The notes below the pieces were generated by a model. The model did no database searches. It worked only from the letters and a program-made list of their open reading frames with translations, and was not told where the DNA came from. Positions 28,843 to 38,238 of a DNA stretch of 64,000 bases are shown here, piece by piece. This stretch comes from an uncultured Bacillales bacterium (GTDB taxonomy: Bacteria; Bacillota_I; Bacilli_A; RFN20; CAG-449). Made by a program: the position numbers and the translations under genes. Each line of letters opens with the position of its first letter. Position 1 is the first letter of the stretch. The stretch covers positions 65,813-129,812 of the forward strand of contig CAMEOO010000002.1 of the NCBI GenBank assembly GCA_945929875.1, given 5' to 3'.

Positions 28843-28950
28843 CTAAGGGAGTAGTCGACGATATACTCGTAGTTAAATCAACAACCGATATCAATCTGGT
28901 TTAACTTTAAATGACAAGACTTATGCATTTGATTGTATAGGTCTTTTTTT
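28843..28950 (+). promoter_or_regulatory. probable yybP-ykoY (Mn2+) riboswitch with terminator expression platform
   Basis: 5' UAAGGGAGUAG (compare conserved GGGGAGUAG) and 3' AUGACAAGACUU (compare AGCAAGACC). Internal hairpins are present. The 3' element overlaps the terminator AGACTTATGCA-loop-TGTATAGGTCT plus T7. Lies directly upstream of a P-type ATPase. Confidence 0.5.
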
Positions 28951-28978
28951 ACAATCATTTGAAGAAAGGATAATTTTT

Positions 28979-31585
28979 ATGAAAAAAGAAGAAATAATTA
29001 GTAAATATCAAGTTGATGTTGAAAAAGGTTTAAGTGAAAGTCAAGTTGATGAATTAAGAAAGATTTATGGCCCAAACAAACTTAAAGAGAAGAAAAAGAA
29101 AAGTTGGTTTATTAAGTTTCTAGAGCAATTTAAAGATGTGATGATATTGATATTAATTGCGGCCGCGATAGTGTCATTTGTCATCGCTATCATCAATAAA
29201 GAGCCAAGTGATTTCTTTGAACCTATCTTAATTTTAATAATCGTAATAATGAATGCCTTGATGGGCGTATTTCAAGAAGCTAAAGCAGAAAGAGCTCTTG
29301 ATGCTTTAAAGAGTTTATCTTCTCCTCACGCTAGAGTGATTAGAGATGGAGTAGAGAAAATTATTAAATCTGAAGAATTAGTTCCAGGAGATATCATTAA
29401 ATTTGAAGCGGGTGATTTTATCCCTGCAGATGGTTTACTTATTGAAAGCGCAAGTTTAAAAAGTGATGAATCAATGCTTACTGGAGAGTCGCTACCTTCA
29501 GAAAAAGATGCAAAAAGAGAAGTTAAAGATGATGCTGCTTTAGGTGATCAAACCAATAAAGTGTTCTCTGGATGTTCCATTACTTATGGAGGTGGTAAAG
29601 CGATTGTCGTTTCCACTGGCATGAATACGGAAATTGGTAAAATCGCAAATTTATTAGATGAAGATAATTCTAATGAAACTCCACTTCAAAAAAAATTAGC
29701 CCAGCTCGGCAAATATTTAGGTATTTTAGCTTTGGTGTGCTGTGCAATTATCTTTGTAGTGGGTTTAGTAAGTGGAACTGATCCGTTAGATATCTTTATG
29801 ATTTCCGTTTCTCTCGCCGTCAGCGCAATTCCTGAAGGCTTACCAGTTATCGTTACTATCGTGTTATCAATTGGCGTTCAAAGAATGGCAAAAAAGAATG
29901 CGTTGATTAGAAAACTTCCTGCGGTGGAAACCTTAGGTAGCGCTTCAATTATCTGTTCGGATAAAACTGGTACACTTACTCAAAATAGAATGACTTTAGT
30001 TAAAGCTTATGTAGATGGTAGTAATAAATTAGAAGATATTTCTTCAAATAATAGTGAAGAAGTAAGAAGATTGTTAAATTTTGCAACTCTTTGTTCAGAT
30101 GGATCAATCGTTGTAAATGAAGATGATGTATCTTTTATTGGAGATCCAACTGAAACATCAATCATCTATGCCTCTTATAAAAATGGGTTTAAGCAAGAAG
30201 ACTTAAATAAAAAATATTCTCGTCAAGGAGAAATTCCTTTTGATTCCGATCGTAAGCTAATGACTTCAATCAACAAAATAGATGGGAAAAATATCGTAAT
30301 TGTTAAAGGGGCTTTTGACATTATGATGTCAAGATGCGTTGAAGGCGATTTAGAATATGCGAAAAAGATCAATGATCAAATGAGCGAGAATGCTTTAAGA
30401 GTACTAGCGCTTTCCTATAAGGAAATTGATGATGTTCCAAGCGTTTTAATTCCAGAAGAAATTGAAAAAGATTTAATCTTCTTAGGATTAGTAGGAATGA
30501 TTGACCCTCCAAGAGAAGAAGTAAAAGAATCGGTTAAATTATGTAAAAAAGCTGGTATTAAACCTATCATGATTACTGGTGATCACGTCGTTACCGCAAG
30601 AGCTATTGCAATGGAACTAGGTATCTTTAATGAAGGAGATAAAGCCATTACTGGTAAAGAACTAGATCAAATGAATGACTCAGAGTTAGATGAAGAACTA
30701 ACTAAAATTTCAGTATATGCGAGAGTTTCTCCTGAAAATAAAATAAGAATAGTTAAAGCATGGCAAAGAAAAAATCAAGTTGTAGCGATGACTGGCGATG
30801 GAGTAAATGACGCTCCAGCATTAAAAGCGGCAGATATTGGATGCGCTATGGGAATTACTGGAACTGATGTTGCTAAAAAAGCTTCAGCAATGACTTTAAC
30901 TGATGATAATTTCTCAACTATCGTCGACGCAGTTAAAGAAGGAAGAGGTATTTATTCTAACATTAAGAAAGTAATTGGCTTCTTATTAAGCACGAACATT
31001 GGCGAAGTTATCACTGTCTTCTTAGCGATGATTATTTGGCAAACTTCTCCACTTCTTTCAATGCAATTACTATGGGTAAATCTAGTTACTGATAGTTTAC
31101 CTGCTATCGCTTTAGGTATGGAGCCTATTGAAAAAGATATCATGGATCAAAAACCTCGCCCTAAAAACGAAGGAATTTTCGCTAATGGACTTGGAATTAG
31201 AATTGCTCTACAAGGTGTTATGATTGCTTCTTTAACTTTAGTGGGATTTAAAATTGGAGAAATCATGGGTGGAAGTTTAATGGCAGGTCAAACTTTAGCC
31301 TTTATGGTATTAGCTCTTTCTCAAGTAGTTCATTCTTACAACATGCGCTCGGAGAAATCATTATTTGAAATTGGCTTCTTTAAGAATAAAAAATTAAATT
31401 TAGCTTCTCTTGCTTCTATTTTACTAATGGCATTAGTTTTATTTAGCCCACTTAGAATTCCTTTTGGACTTGTTATTCTTCCTTGGGAATTATACTTAAT
31501 TGGCTTAGGACTAATCATTACACCATTTATAATTATGGAACTTGCAAAGCTAATTATTAAGCTATTTAAAAGGAAAAAGAAATAG
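28979..31585 (+). CDS. cation-transporting P-type ATPase (P2-type, Ca2+/Mn2+ class)
   Basis: TGES, CSDKTGTLTQN (phospho-Asp), MITGDH and GDGVNDAPALK motifs. About 10 TM segments. 868 aa. Confidence 0.9.
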   Translation: MKKEEIISKYQVDVEKGLSESQVDELRKIYGPNKLKEKKKKSWFIKFLEQFKDVMILILIAAAIVSFVIAIINKEPSDFFEPILILIIVIMNALMGVFQEAKAERALDALKSLSSPHARVIRDGVEKIIKSEELVPGDIIKFEAGDFIPADGLLIESASLKSDESMLTGESLPSEKDAKREVKDDAALGDQTNKVFSGCSITYGGGKAIVVSTGMNTEIGKIANLLDEDNSNETPLQKKLAQLGKYLGILALVCCAIIFVVGLVSGTDPLDIFMISVSLAVSAIPEGLPVIVTIVLSIGVQRMAKKNALIRKLPAVETLGSASIICSDKTGTLTQNRMTLVKAYVDGSNKLEDISSNNSEEVRRLLNFATLCSDGSIVVNEDDVSFIGDPTETSIIYASYKNGFKQEDLNKKYSRQGEIPFDSDRKLMTSINKIDGKNIVIVKGAFDIMMSRCVEGDLEYAKKINDQMSENALRVLALSYKEIDDVPSVLIPEEIEKDLIFLGLVGMIDPPREEVKESVKLCKKAGIKPIMITGDHVVTARAIAMELGIFNEGDKAITGKELDQMNDSELDEELTKISVYARVSPENKIRIVKAWQRKNQVVAMTGDGVNDAPALKAADIGCAMGITGTDVAKKASAMTLTDDNFSTIVDAVKEGRGIYSNIKKVIGFLLSTNIGEVITVFLAMIIWQTSPLLSMQLLWVNLVTDSLPAIALGMEPIEKDIMDQKPRPKNEGIFANGLGIRIALQGVMIASLTLVGFKIGEIMGGSLMAGQTLAFMVLALSQVVHSYNMRSEKSLFEIGFFKNKKLNLASLASILLMALVLFSPLRIPFGLVILPWELYLIGLGLIITPFIIMELAKLIIKLFKRKKK

Positions 31586-31591
31586 ATATCG

Positions 31592-31628
31592 TTGAGCTTT
31601 AGATTATTCTAGAGCTCAATTTTTATTT
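31592..31628 (+). terminator. intrinsic terminator
   Basis: TTGAGCTTTAGA-loop-TCTAGAGCTCAA then TTTTTATTTT. Confidence 0.8.
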
Positions 31629-31690
31629 TCAAGTTTTTTTTGTTTATATTTTTATTTTTCACCTTTATTATTTATTTATTGGTGAAGCAT

Positions 31691-32431
31691 ATGAGAAGAG
31701 AAGTAATTGATCAATATAGTTATACATTAAATAGAAATATGAAAGTGAGAATCTATGGTCACTATGGCGATACATTTTTATTTTTTCCTAGTCAAGATCA
31801 TCAATCAGACGACTATGAAAATTTTGGGGTGATATCTTCTTTATCCGATTTTATTGAGCAAGGAAAAATTAAAATAGTCTGCATCGATGGAATTGACTAC
31901 GAATCATTTTCTTCAAATGCAAGTTATGAACATCGAGCATATATGCAAGAACAATATTATCATTATGTAATTAATGAAGTACTACCTTTAATATATTCGG
32001 ATAATCATGGATTTTGCTTACCTTATGTTTCCGGATGTAGCATGGGGGCTACTCAAGCTGCCATCTTCTTTTTTAGAAGACCAGATTTATTTAAAGGCGT
32101 ACTAGCTCTTTCTGGAATCTATGATGTATCTTACTTTTTTTCTTCTTGGTGCAACTTAGATGTCTATAATAATTCACCTACTCGCTTTTTAAAAAATATG
32201 CCTTGGAATCATCCATATATTTCTTTATATAATCAAAGAGATATCATCTTTTGCGTAGGGCAAGGCGATTATGAATATCTTGTCGATTGGTCCTTTTATG
32301 AATTAAGAAATGTCCTTTCAGAAAAAGGGATTAACGCTTGGATGGATGTATGGGGAACAGACTCTGCCCATCACTGGTATTGGTGGATTAAACAATATCG
32401 ATATTTTATTCCTCACTTAATTAACAGATAG
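31691..32431 (+). CDS. esterase-family alpha/beta hydrolase
   Basis: GCSMGA nucleophile elbow (GxSxG). I place the start at MRREVI (31691) after GGTGAAG, because the track start (TTG 31640) is hydrophobic read-through. Confidence 0.65.
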   Translation: MRREVIDQYSYTLNRNMKVRIYGHYGDTFLFFPSQDHQSDDYENFGVISSLSDFIEQGKIKIVCIDGIDYESFSSNASYEHRAYMQEQYYHYVINEVLPLIYSDNHGFCLPYVSGCSMGATQAAIFFFRRPDLFKGVLALSGIYDVSYFFSSWCNLDVYNNSPTRFLKNMPWNHPYISLYNQRDIIFCVGQGDYEYLVDWSFYELRNVLSEKGINAWMDVWGTDSAHHWYWWIKQYRYFIPHLINR

Positions 32432-32444
32432 AATGATATTATCA

Positions 32445-32469
32445 TTCTACTATCAGTAGAATTTTTTTC
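32445..32469 (+). terminator. intrinsic terminator
   Basis: TTCTACT-atc-AGTAGAA then TTTTTTT. Confidence 0.75.
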
Positions 32470-32563
32470 TTTACTCTACTTTTATAGTTTTTATCTATAG
32501 AATTATTTCTTCATCTTGTTTTACTATTTCGTGATAGACTATTTCCAAGTTGAGGTGTTTATT

Positions 32564-33385
32564 ATGAAGTACAAGATTATTTTAGATAGTTCTAGCGATA
32601 TGAACATAGATTTTATAAATGATGAAGAAGTGGGATTAGAGATTGTTCCTTTAACTATAAATGTGAAGGATAAAGAATTTGTTGATGATGATAAATTAGA
32701 TATCGACAAGATGTTAAAAGAAATGCATTCTTACTCTGGTAAATCGACTTCTTCTTGCCCTTCTCCTTATAAATATATTGAGGCCTGCTCAGGAGAATAT
32801 AACTTTATCATTACTATTTCTTCTAAACTCTCAGGTTCATATAATTCAGCTTGTTTAGCTTCATCTATGATTAAAGATAAAAAAATATTTGTCATCGATT
32901 CAAAACTTACTTCAGGAGCAATGATTTTGATAGCTAAAAAAATATATTCATTAATCAAAGAAGGAAAAGATTACCAAACTATATGTCAAGATATTGAAAA
33001 ATATAGAGATGAAAGAAACTTATTATTCGTCTTGGATAATTTTGAAAACTTAATTAAAAATGGAAGAATGAGTAAGTTTACCGCGACGATTGCTAAACTA
33101 TTAATGATTAAACCACTTTGTATAGGTGAAGAAGGAGAAATCAAGATATATAAAAAAGTGAGAACAAGAAAACTTGCAATTTTAAGATTGATATCTGAAA
33201 TAAAAGAAAAAGTAGGAGAAACTTATAAAGAAAAAGAATGCATCATCACACATTGCTATGACAATGAGACTGGATTATTGATTAGAGATTCTTTAAAAGA
33301 TTATTTTAAAGAAGTGATTCTCTTACCTATGAAAGGGTTATGTTCGTTCTATGCACTAGAAAAAGGAATAATTGTATCATTTTAA
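32564..33385 (+). CDS. DegV-family fatty-acid-binding protein
   Basis: MKYKIILDSSSD start, TSCPSP, SSKLSGSYNSA motifs. I place the start at 32564 after GAGGTG. Confidence 0.85.
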   Translation: MKYKIILDSSSDMNIDFINDEEVGLEIVPLTINVKDKEFVDDDKLDIDKMLKEMHSYSGKSTSSCPSPYKYIEACSGEYNFIITISSKLSGSYNSACLASSMIKDKKIFVIDSKLTSGAMILIAKKIYSLIKEGKDYQTICQDIEKYRDERNLLFVLDNFENLIKNGRMSKFTATIAKLLMIKPLCIGEEGEIKIYKKVRTRKLAILRLISEIKEKVGETYKEKECIITHCYDNETGLLIRDSLKDYFKEVILLPMKGLCSFYALEKGIIVSF

Positions 33386-33435
33386 TTTATAATTTATTTT
33401 TTTTACTATAAAATAACTTTGAAAGAGGTGCGTTT

Positions 33436-35055
33436 ATGATTAAAAAATGGTGGCATGACAAAATTGTATATCAAATATATCCTAAAAGTTTTAAAGACTC
33501 AAATAATGATGGAATAGGAGATATTCCAGGAATTATTTCAAAATTAGATTATTTGAAAGATTTAGGAGTAGATATTATTTGGATTACTCCTTTTTTCTCT
33601 TCTCCAATGGTTGATAATGGTTACGATGTTTCAGATTTCTGTAATATCAATCCGCTTTTTGGAACGATGGACGATATGGACAAGTTAATTGAAGAATGCA
33701 ATAAGAGAAACATGTATATCATGATCGACATTGTAGCCAATCATACTTCTAACCAACATAAATGGTTTAAAGAGGCAATTAAAAGTAAAGATAATCCATA
33801 TCACGATTATTATATTTTTAAAGACCAACCAATCAATGAACATCATCGTTCATGTTTTGGAGGACCTTCTTGGGAATATGTTCCAAGTCTTAATCAATAT
33901 TATTTCCATGAGTTTGCTGTTGAGCAACCTGATTTAAATTATCAAAATCCAAAGGTTAGAGAAGAAATGGCTAACGCAATTAATTTTTGGATGAAAAAGG
34001 GAATCAAAGGGATTAGATTTGACGTAATTCATTTAATTGGAAAAGAAGTAGAGAAAGATATTTATGGCTATGGGCCTACTCTTCATCAAAAGGTTCAAGA
34101 ACTTTATGAAAAATCTTATGGAAAATATGATATTGTCACTGTAGGTGAAGCTTGGGGGAACTTAGAGCAAGCTAAGGACTTTACATTGCCAGAAAGAAAA
34201 GAACTAAATATGGTTTTCCAATTTGAATGTACTAGTTCCACAAACGATCATTCTAGATGTGGGAAATTTACTCCAAAACCTATCGATATGTTCTTCGTAA
34301 AAAATACTCTATCTAAATATCAGTATGGATTAAATTCTTGCTCTTGGAATGCTTTATTTGTTGAAAATCACGATTTAGGAAGATGTATTAACCGCTTTGG
34401 TGATTTAAATTATAGAAATGAATCCGCGAAAGCCATCGCTTTGATGAATTATTGTTTAAAAGGAACTCCTTTTATTTATCAAGGTCAAGAAATTGGGATG
34501 ACTAATATCAAGATGGAACTTGAAGAATATCAAGATGTAGAAGTGATTAATTCTTATAAAGATTTTGTTCTAGAAAGAAAGATGCTTTCAAAAGAAGAGT
34601 TTTTAGAAGGTTGTTATCAGGAAGCTCGGGATAACAATCGAACTCCTTTCCAATGGGATAACTCTGTTAATGCTGGATTTAATAATGGACATAAGCCATG
34701 GATTAAAATTAATGAAAACTATTTAGATATCAATGTAAAAAAAGAGGAAAAAGATGATAATTCTATTTTGTCATTCTATAAGAAGTTGTTAAATATTAGA
34801 AAAAACAGCAAATATGCTCCTACTTTAGTTTATGGGGAATTCAAATCTTATTTAGATGATGACAAGAATGTTTTTGTTTACACTAGAAGCGATGAAAATA
34901 ATTCCTTGATGGTTGCAACTAATATGACTAATCAAGAAATTGAAGTGAGCTTGCCATTTGATGTAAAAGAAATAGTTTTATCTAATTATCAAAATAATCA
35001 CAAAGATAATAAAGTAAAATTAAAACCTTTCGAATCGTTCTTAAGTAGAATTTAG
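33436..35055 (+). CDS. GH13 alpha-glucosidase (oligo-1,6-glucosidase / trehalose-6-P hydrolase subfamily)
   Basis: WWHDKIVYQIYPKSFKDSNNDGIGD, DIVANHTS, GIRFDVIHLI, GEAW and VENHD conserved regions. Confidence 0.9.
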   Translation: MIKKWWHDKIVYQIYPKSFKDSNNDGIGDIPGIISKLDYLKDLGVDIIWITPFFSSPMVDNGYDVSDFCNINPLFGTMDDMDKLIEECNKRNMYIMIDIVANHTSNQHKWFKEAIKSKDNPYHDYYIFKDQPINEHHRSCFGGPSWEYVPSLNQYYFHEFAVEQPDLNYQNPKVREEMANAINFWMKKGIKGIRFDVIHLIGKEVEKDIYGYGPTLHQKVQELYEKSYGKYDIVTVGEAWGNLEQAKDFTLPERKELNMVFQFECTSSTNDHSRCGKFTPKPIDMFFVKNTLSKYQYGLNSCSWNALFVENHDLGRCINRFGDLNYRNESAKAIALMNYCLKGTPFIYQGQEIGMTNIKMELEEYQDVEVINSYKDFVLERKMLSKEEFLEGCYQEARDNNRTPFQWDNSVNAGFNNGHKPWIKINENYLDINVKKEEKDDNSILSFYKKLLNIRKNSKYAPTLVYGEFKSYLDDDKNVFVYTRSDENNSLMVATNMTNQEIEVSLPFDVKEIVLSNYQNNHKDNKVKLKPFESFLSRI

Positions 35056-35631
35056 TTAAAAAAGTTTAATGATATAGTCATCTTTATAGATGACTTTTTT
35101 TCTTATTAATTCCGATAATAATCTAGATAAGGTTTCTCTTCTTAAATTTAACGTTCTAGCTAATGAAGAAACTGATTGATATTTAATTTCGTTGTCATTT
35201 ATTGATAAGTAAAACATTAATTTTTCTAATGCATTATCAAAAGATAGTATTTTAATTTGATTGTTTAAGTTCAAAGTGTTTTCGGCTTCTTTCTTTAAAT
35301 ATTCTTCTAAAAGTGAAGGGTTAGACGAAAGCAATTTAATAAAATTATCTTTTGTGATAAATCCGATTGTAGATTTAGTTCTAGCAATTACATTTCCTTT
35401 ATATCTAGGATTAGTAGAAAAAATTAAGTGATCACCAAAGATATCACCACTTTTTAATTTAGCATAAGCTATTTCATTACCTTTAAATGAGTAAGAAACA
35501 ATATTTAATTCTCCAGAAAGAATAATTCCGACTTTTTTACATATTTCATTTTCTTTAAATAGAATTTTTTTAGAAGGAAGAGAAATTACTTCCATAATAT
35601 TTATATTATCTTCAATAAATTTACTAAACAT
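35056..35631 (-). CDS. Crp/Fnr-family transcriptional regulator
   Basis: N-terminal cNMP-binding-like beta-roll (GDIFGD...). C-terminal HTH (SVSSLARTLNLRRETLSRLLSEL). No FNR-type Cys cluster. Confidence 0.85.
   Translation of the reverse strand: MFSKFIEDNINIMEVISLPSKKILFKENEICKKVGIILSGELNIVSYSFKGNEIAYAKLKSGDIFGDHLIFSTNPRYKGNVIARTKSTIGFITKDNFIKLLSSNPSLLEEYLKKEAENTLNLNNQIKILSFDNALEKLMFYLSINDNEIKYQSVSSLARTLNLRRETLSRLLSELIRKKVIYKDDYIIKLF
35076..35102 (+). terminator. intrinsic terminator for the GH13 gene, embedded in the 3' coding end of the convergent crp-like gene
   Basis: AGTCATCT-ttat-AGATGACT then TTTTTTT on the + strand. Confidence 0.65.
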
Positions 35632-35640
35632 ATATTCACC

Positions 35641-35656
35641 TGTGATTTAAATCACA
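35641..35656. promoter_or_regulatory. perfect CRP-type palindrome TGTGA-TTTAAA-TCACA
   Basis: Lies in the divergent intergenic region. It abuts the RBS of the crp-like gene. It is centred 29.5 nt upstream of a TATGAT -10 candidate (35678-35683) for the + strand operon. Confidence 0.65.
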
Positions 35657-35704
35657 TATTATTTTAAAATAATCTAGTATGATTTTCAATAGGTGGTAAA
35701 TTAT

Positions 35705-36694
35705 ATGAATATGAAATTAAAAACATTGTTATGTGTAGGGGTATTACTCCTTTGCTCTTGCAGCGGAAAAAATAAAAATTCTAGTGAAGATACTTCAAGT
35801 CAAGTCATCGATACTAGCGTATTAAAAATTGTTTGTCCAACTGGGGCACCTGCTGTTGCTTTTTACAATCAAGCGGAAAATCCAAATTTTGAAACAAACT
35901 CAACTCCTTCTAATATCGTTGCAATGATGAATGAAAGTTCAAATAAAGATATCGTAGTCATCGATACCGTATCAGGAATTAGAGCAATCAATTCTGGTGC
36001 TCCTTATAAGATGGCGGCAAATATTACTTTAGGAAACTTTTATATTGCTTCAACTGGAAATGACAAAGATGGTGTGATGAGCCCAGGAGATAAGATCGTT
36101 CTTTTTGGTCAAAATCAAACTCCAGATAAAATTTTCCATTATCTTTATGGAAATATTTATAATGAAACTATTCAATATGTAACTAATGTTCAAGATGCTT
36201 CTAAATGTTTAGCTAGTGGAAAAAACCTAGTCACTCAGCAAGATGTCGATTACGTTTTTATTGCTCAACCTGCTTTATTTGCAACAATAAATAATAAAGA
36301 TTCCACAACATATGGAAGAAGTAGCGTATATGTAAATATTCAAGAAGAATATAAGAAAAAATCTAACAATCTATCTTTAATTCAAGCTTCTGTGTTTGTT
36401 AAAAATACCTCTGATAAAACTATTGTCGATAGCTTTTTATCTAACTTAGAAAAAGATATTAATGATTGTTTAGAAAATCCTTCTTTAATTACTGAAGGAA
36501 TGGGTAAGATTTCTTCTGAAGAAAGCTTGGCCTTATATGGAATTAACTCTAATGTTGCAAAAAAAGTTGTAGAAGATAATAACTCTTTAGGGCTAGGTTA
36601 TGTAAATGCTTATTCTAATAAACAAGCTATAGATAGTTTTATTAACTTATTTGAGGTAAGTGCAACTAATGAAGAAATTTACTATAAACAGTAA
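35705..36694 (+). CDS. lipoprotein, probable ABC-transporter solute-binding protein
   Basis: Lipobox LLCSC. I place the start at MNMKLK (35705) after AGGTGG. Overlaps the downstream permease gene. Confidence 0.55.
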   Translation: MNMKLKTLLCVGVLLLCSCSGKNKNSSEDTSSQVIDTSVLKIVCPTGAPAVAFYNQAENPNFETNSTPSNIVAMMNESSNKDIVVIDTVSGIRAINSGAPYKMAANITLGNFYIASTGNDKDGVMSPGDKIVLFGQNQTPDKIFHYLYGNIYNETIQYVTNVQDASKCLASGKNLVTQQDVDYVFIAQPALFATINNKDSTTYGRSSVYVNIQEEYKKKSNNLSLIQASVFVKNTSDKTIVDSFLSNLEKDINDCLENPSLITEGMGKISSEESLALYGINSNVAKKVVEDNNSLGLGYVNAYSNKQAIDSFINLFEVSATNEEIYYKQ

Positions 36695-37433
36695 AACTGG
36701 TTATTTAATTGGTGTAGTTCTTTTCATTGGAATCTGGTTTCTTCTTTCTTTAGTAATTGATGAAAGAAGAATGATTTTTCCTGATCCTATTTCTACCATA
36801 AAACAAACTATTACTATTCTTTCTTCTTCTTATGTTTATAAATGTATGTGGAAGAGCATTTCTAAATTATTGATTGGTTTTTTTATATCTTTTCTACTAG
36901 CTTTATTTTTTGGGGTGATTGGAGGAAATAGTTCAACATTAAAAAAAGTATTTTATCCAACTATTTCAGCATTAAAATCAATTCCTACCGCTTCTTTAGT
37001 TTTTTTGTTTTTAGTATTAGTAGGCGCTAAAAATGCTCCGATATTGATGGTGATATTGATCTCTTTTCCAATACTTTATGAAGCAGTTGTTGGTGGAATA
37101 GAAAACATGGATCAAGATGTAGTCAATGCGATGAAACTTGATAGTGGGAATAAACTTAGAAATGTAATTTTTGTTCAAATCCCTTTAATGTTTCCTTATT
37201 TACTAGTAGGATTAGCTAGTAGTTTCTCTCTTTCTTTTAAAATCGAGATCATGGCGGAAATATTAACTGGAGATACAAGAGGAGGACTAGGAAGTGCCAT
37301 TTTAGCAGCGCAAAAAAACGATCCAACTAATATGATTCCTATTTTTTCCTATTCGTTAATCGCTATCCTTTTAGCGCTTTTAATTACTATCATTTTTAAA
37401 ATATTAAAGAAAAAATTAATCAAAAAAATCTAA
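36669..37433 (+). CDS. ABC transporter permease (TauC/SsuC-like BPD_transp_1 type)
   Basis: About six TM segments with a cytoplasmic loop AVVGGIENMDQDVVNAMKLDSG (EAA-like). Confidence 0.7.
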   Translation: MKKFTINSKTGYLIGVVLFIGIWFLLSLVIDERRMIFPDPISTIKQTITILSSSYVYKCMWKSISKLLIGFFISFLLALFFGVIGGNSSTLKKVFYPTISALKSIPTASLVFLFLVLVGAKNAPILMVILISFPILYEAVVGGIENMDQDVVNAMKLDSGNKLRNVIFVQIPLMFPYLLVGLASSFSLSFKIEIMAEILTGDTRGGLGSAILAAQKNDPTNMIPIFSYSLIAILLALLITIIFKILKKKLIKKI

Positions 37434-37515
37434 TTATTTATAAATCAATTATTAAAACAACAAAGAAATCACTTAATTGCTGATGTCTTTGTTTTTTTTA
37501 TTGCAATAAAAATTA

Positions 37516-37544
37516 TTGTCTAAATTGATCCTTATGGATATAAT
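37516..37544 (+). promoter_or_regulatory. promoter of the abiE pair
   Basis: TTGTCT, 17 nt, TATAAT. The -35 lies inside one of two ~18-nt repeats (AAAATT(A)TTGTCTAA(A/T)TTGA at ~37511-37528 and ~37580-37596). Confidence 0.5.
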
Positions 37545-37611
37545 ATTAGTGATAAGATAATTTTGAAATAAAAAAGTTCAAAATTGTCTAATTTGAAATG
37601 GAGATGAGATT

Positions 37612-38238
37612 ATGTTAATTAATAGACTAAAAAAACGCTTTGGATACGACTATCCAATATTTACAACTGATATTTTTGATTGTATGAAAGGATATTCTTA
37701 TCAAAGAATTTACCAAATGATTAATGAAGCAATTAAAAGTGGATTTCTTGTTCGATTTGATGAAGGGGTATATTATTTGCCTACCGAAACAGAATTTGGA
37801 AAATCTATAATAACGGTAAATGATGTTGTAAATAGAAAGTATATTATGGACAAAGGTAAAGTATTTGGAATATATGGAAGATATGTTATTGATTTAAACT
37901 TTCTGGTAAGCTATCAGGTACCAAATGTGATAGAAGTAATTACGAATAATGAGTCTCGGAAAGTAAGAGAAATTGAAATTAGAGGAAGAAAAGTAGTTCT
38001 TAGAAAATCTAGATTACCTATTACTAATGAAAATGAAGGAGCTTATACTCTTATGGAACTATTTAATAATTTAAATATGAAACAATACGAAGAAGAAAAG
38101 CAAATAAGAGATTCAGTAAAGGAATATATTAAAGAAAAGAAGATTACTAGAAGTGAAATTATGAGTGTAGCTAATGCTTTTCCTGCAAAAGCAATGAAAA
38201 ATTTAGCTATAAGTGGGGTGCTTTATGAACTTGCATAA
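37612..38238 (+). CDS. abiEi: AbiEi-family antitoxin / transcriptional regulator (type IV TA, abortive infection)
   Basis: N-terminal wHTH pattern ...IFTTDIF...IYQMINEAIKSGFLVRFDEGVYYLP. Overlaps the downstream AbiEii gene by 14 nt. Confidence 0.75.
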   Translation: MLINRLKKRFGYDYPIFTTDIFDCMKGYSYQRIYQMINEAIKSGFLVRFDEGVYYLPTETEFGKSIITVNDVVNRKYIMDKGKVFGIYGRYVIDLNFLVSYQVPNVIEVITNNESRKVREIEIRGRKVVLRKSRLPITNENEGAYTLMELFNNLNMKQYEEEKQIRDSVKEYIKEKKITRSEIMSVANAFPAKAMKNLAISGVLYELA

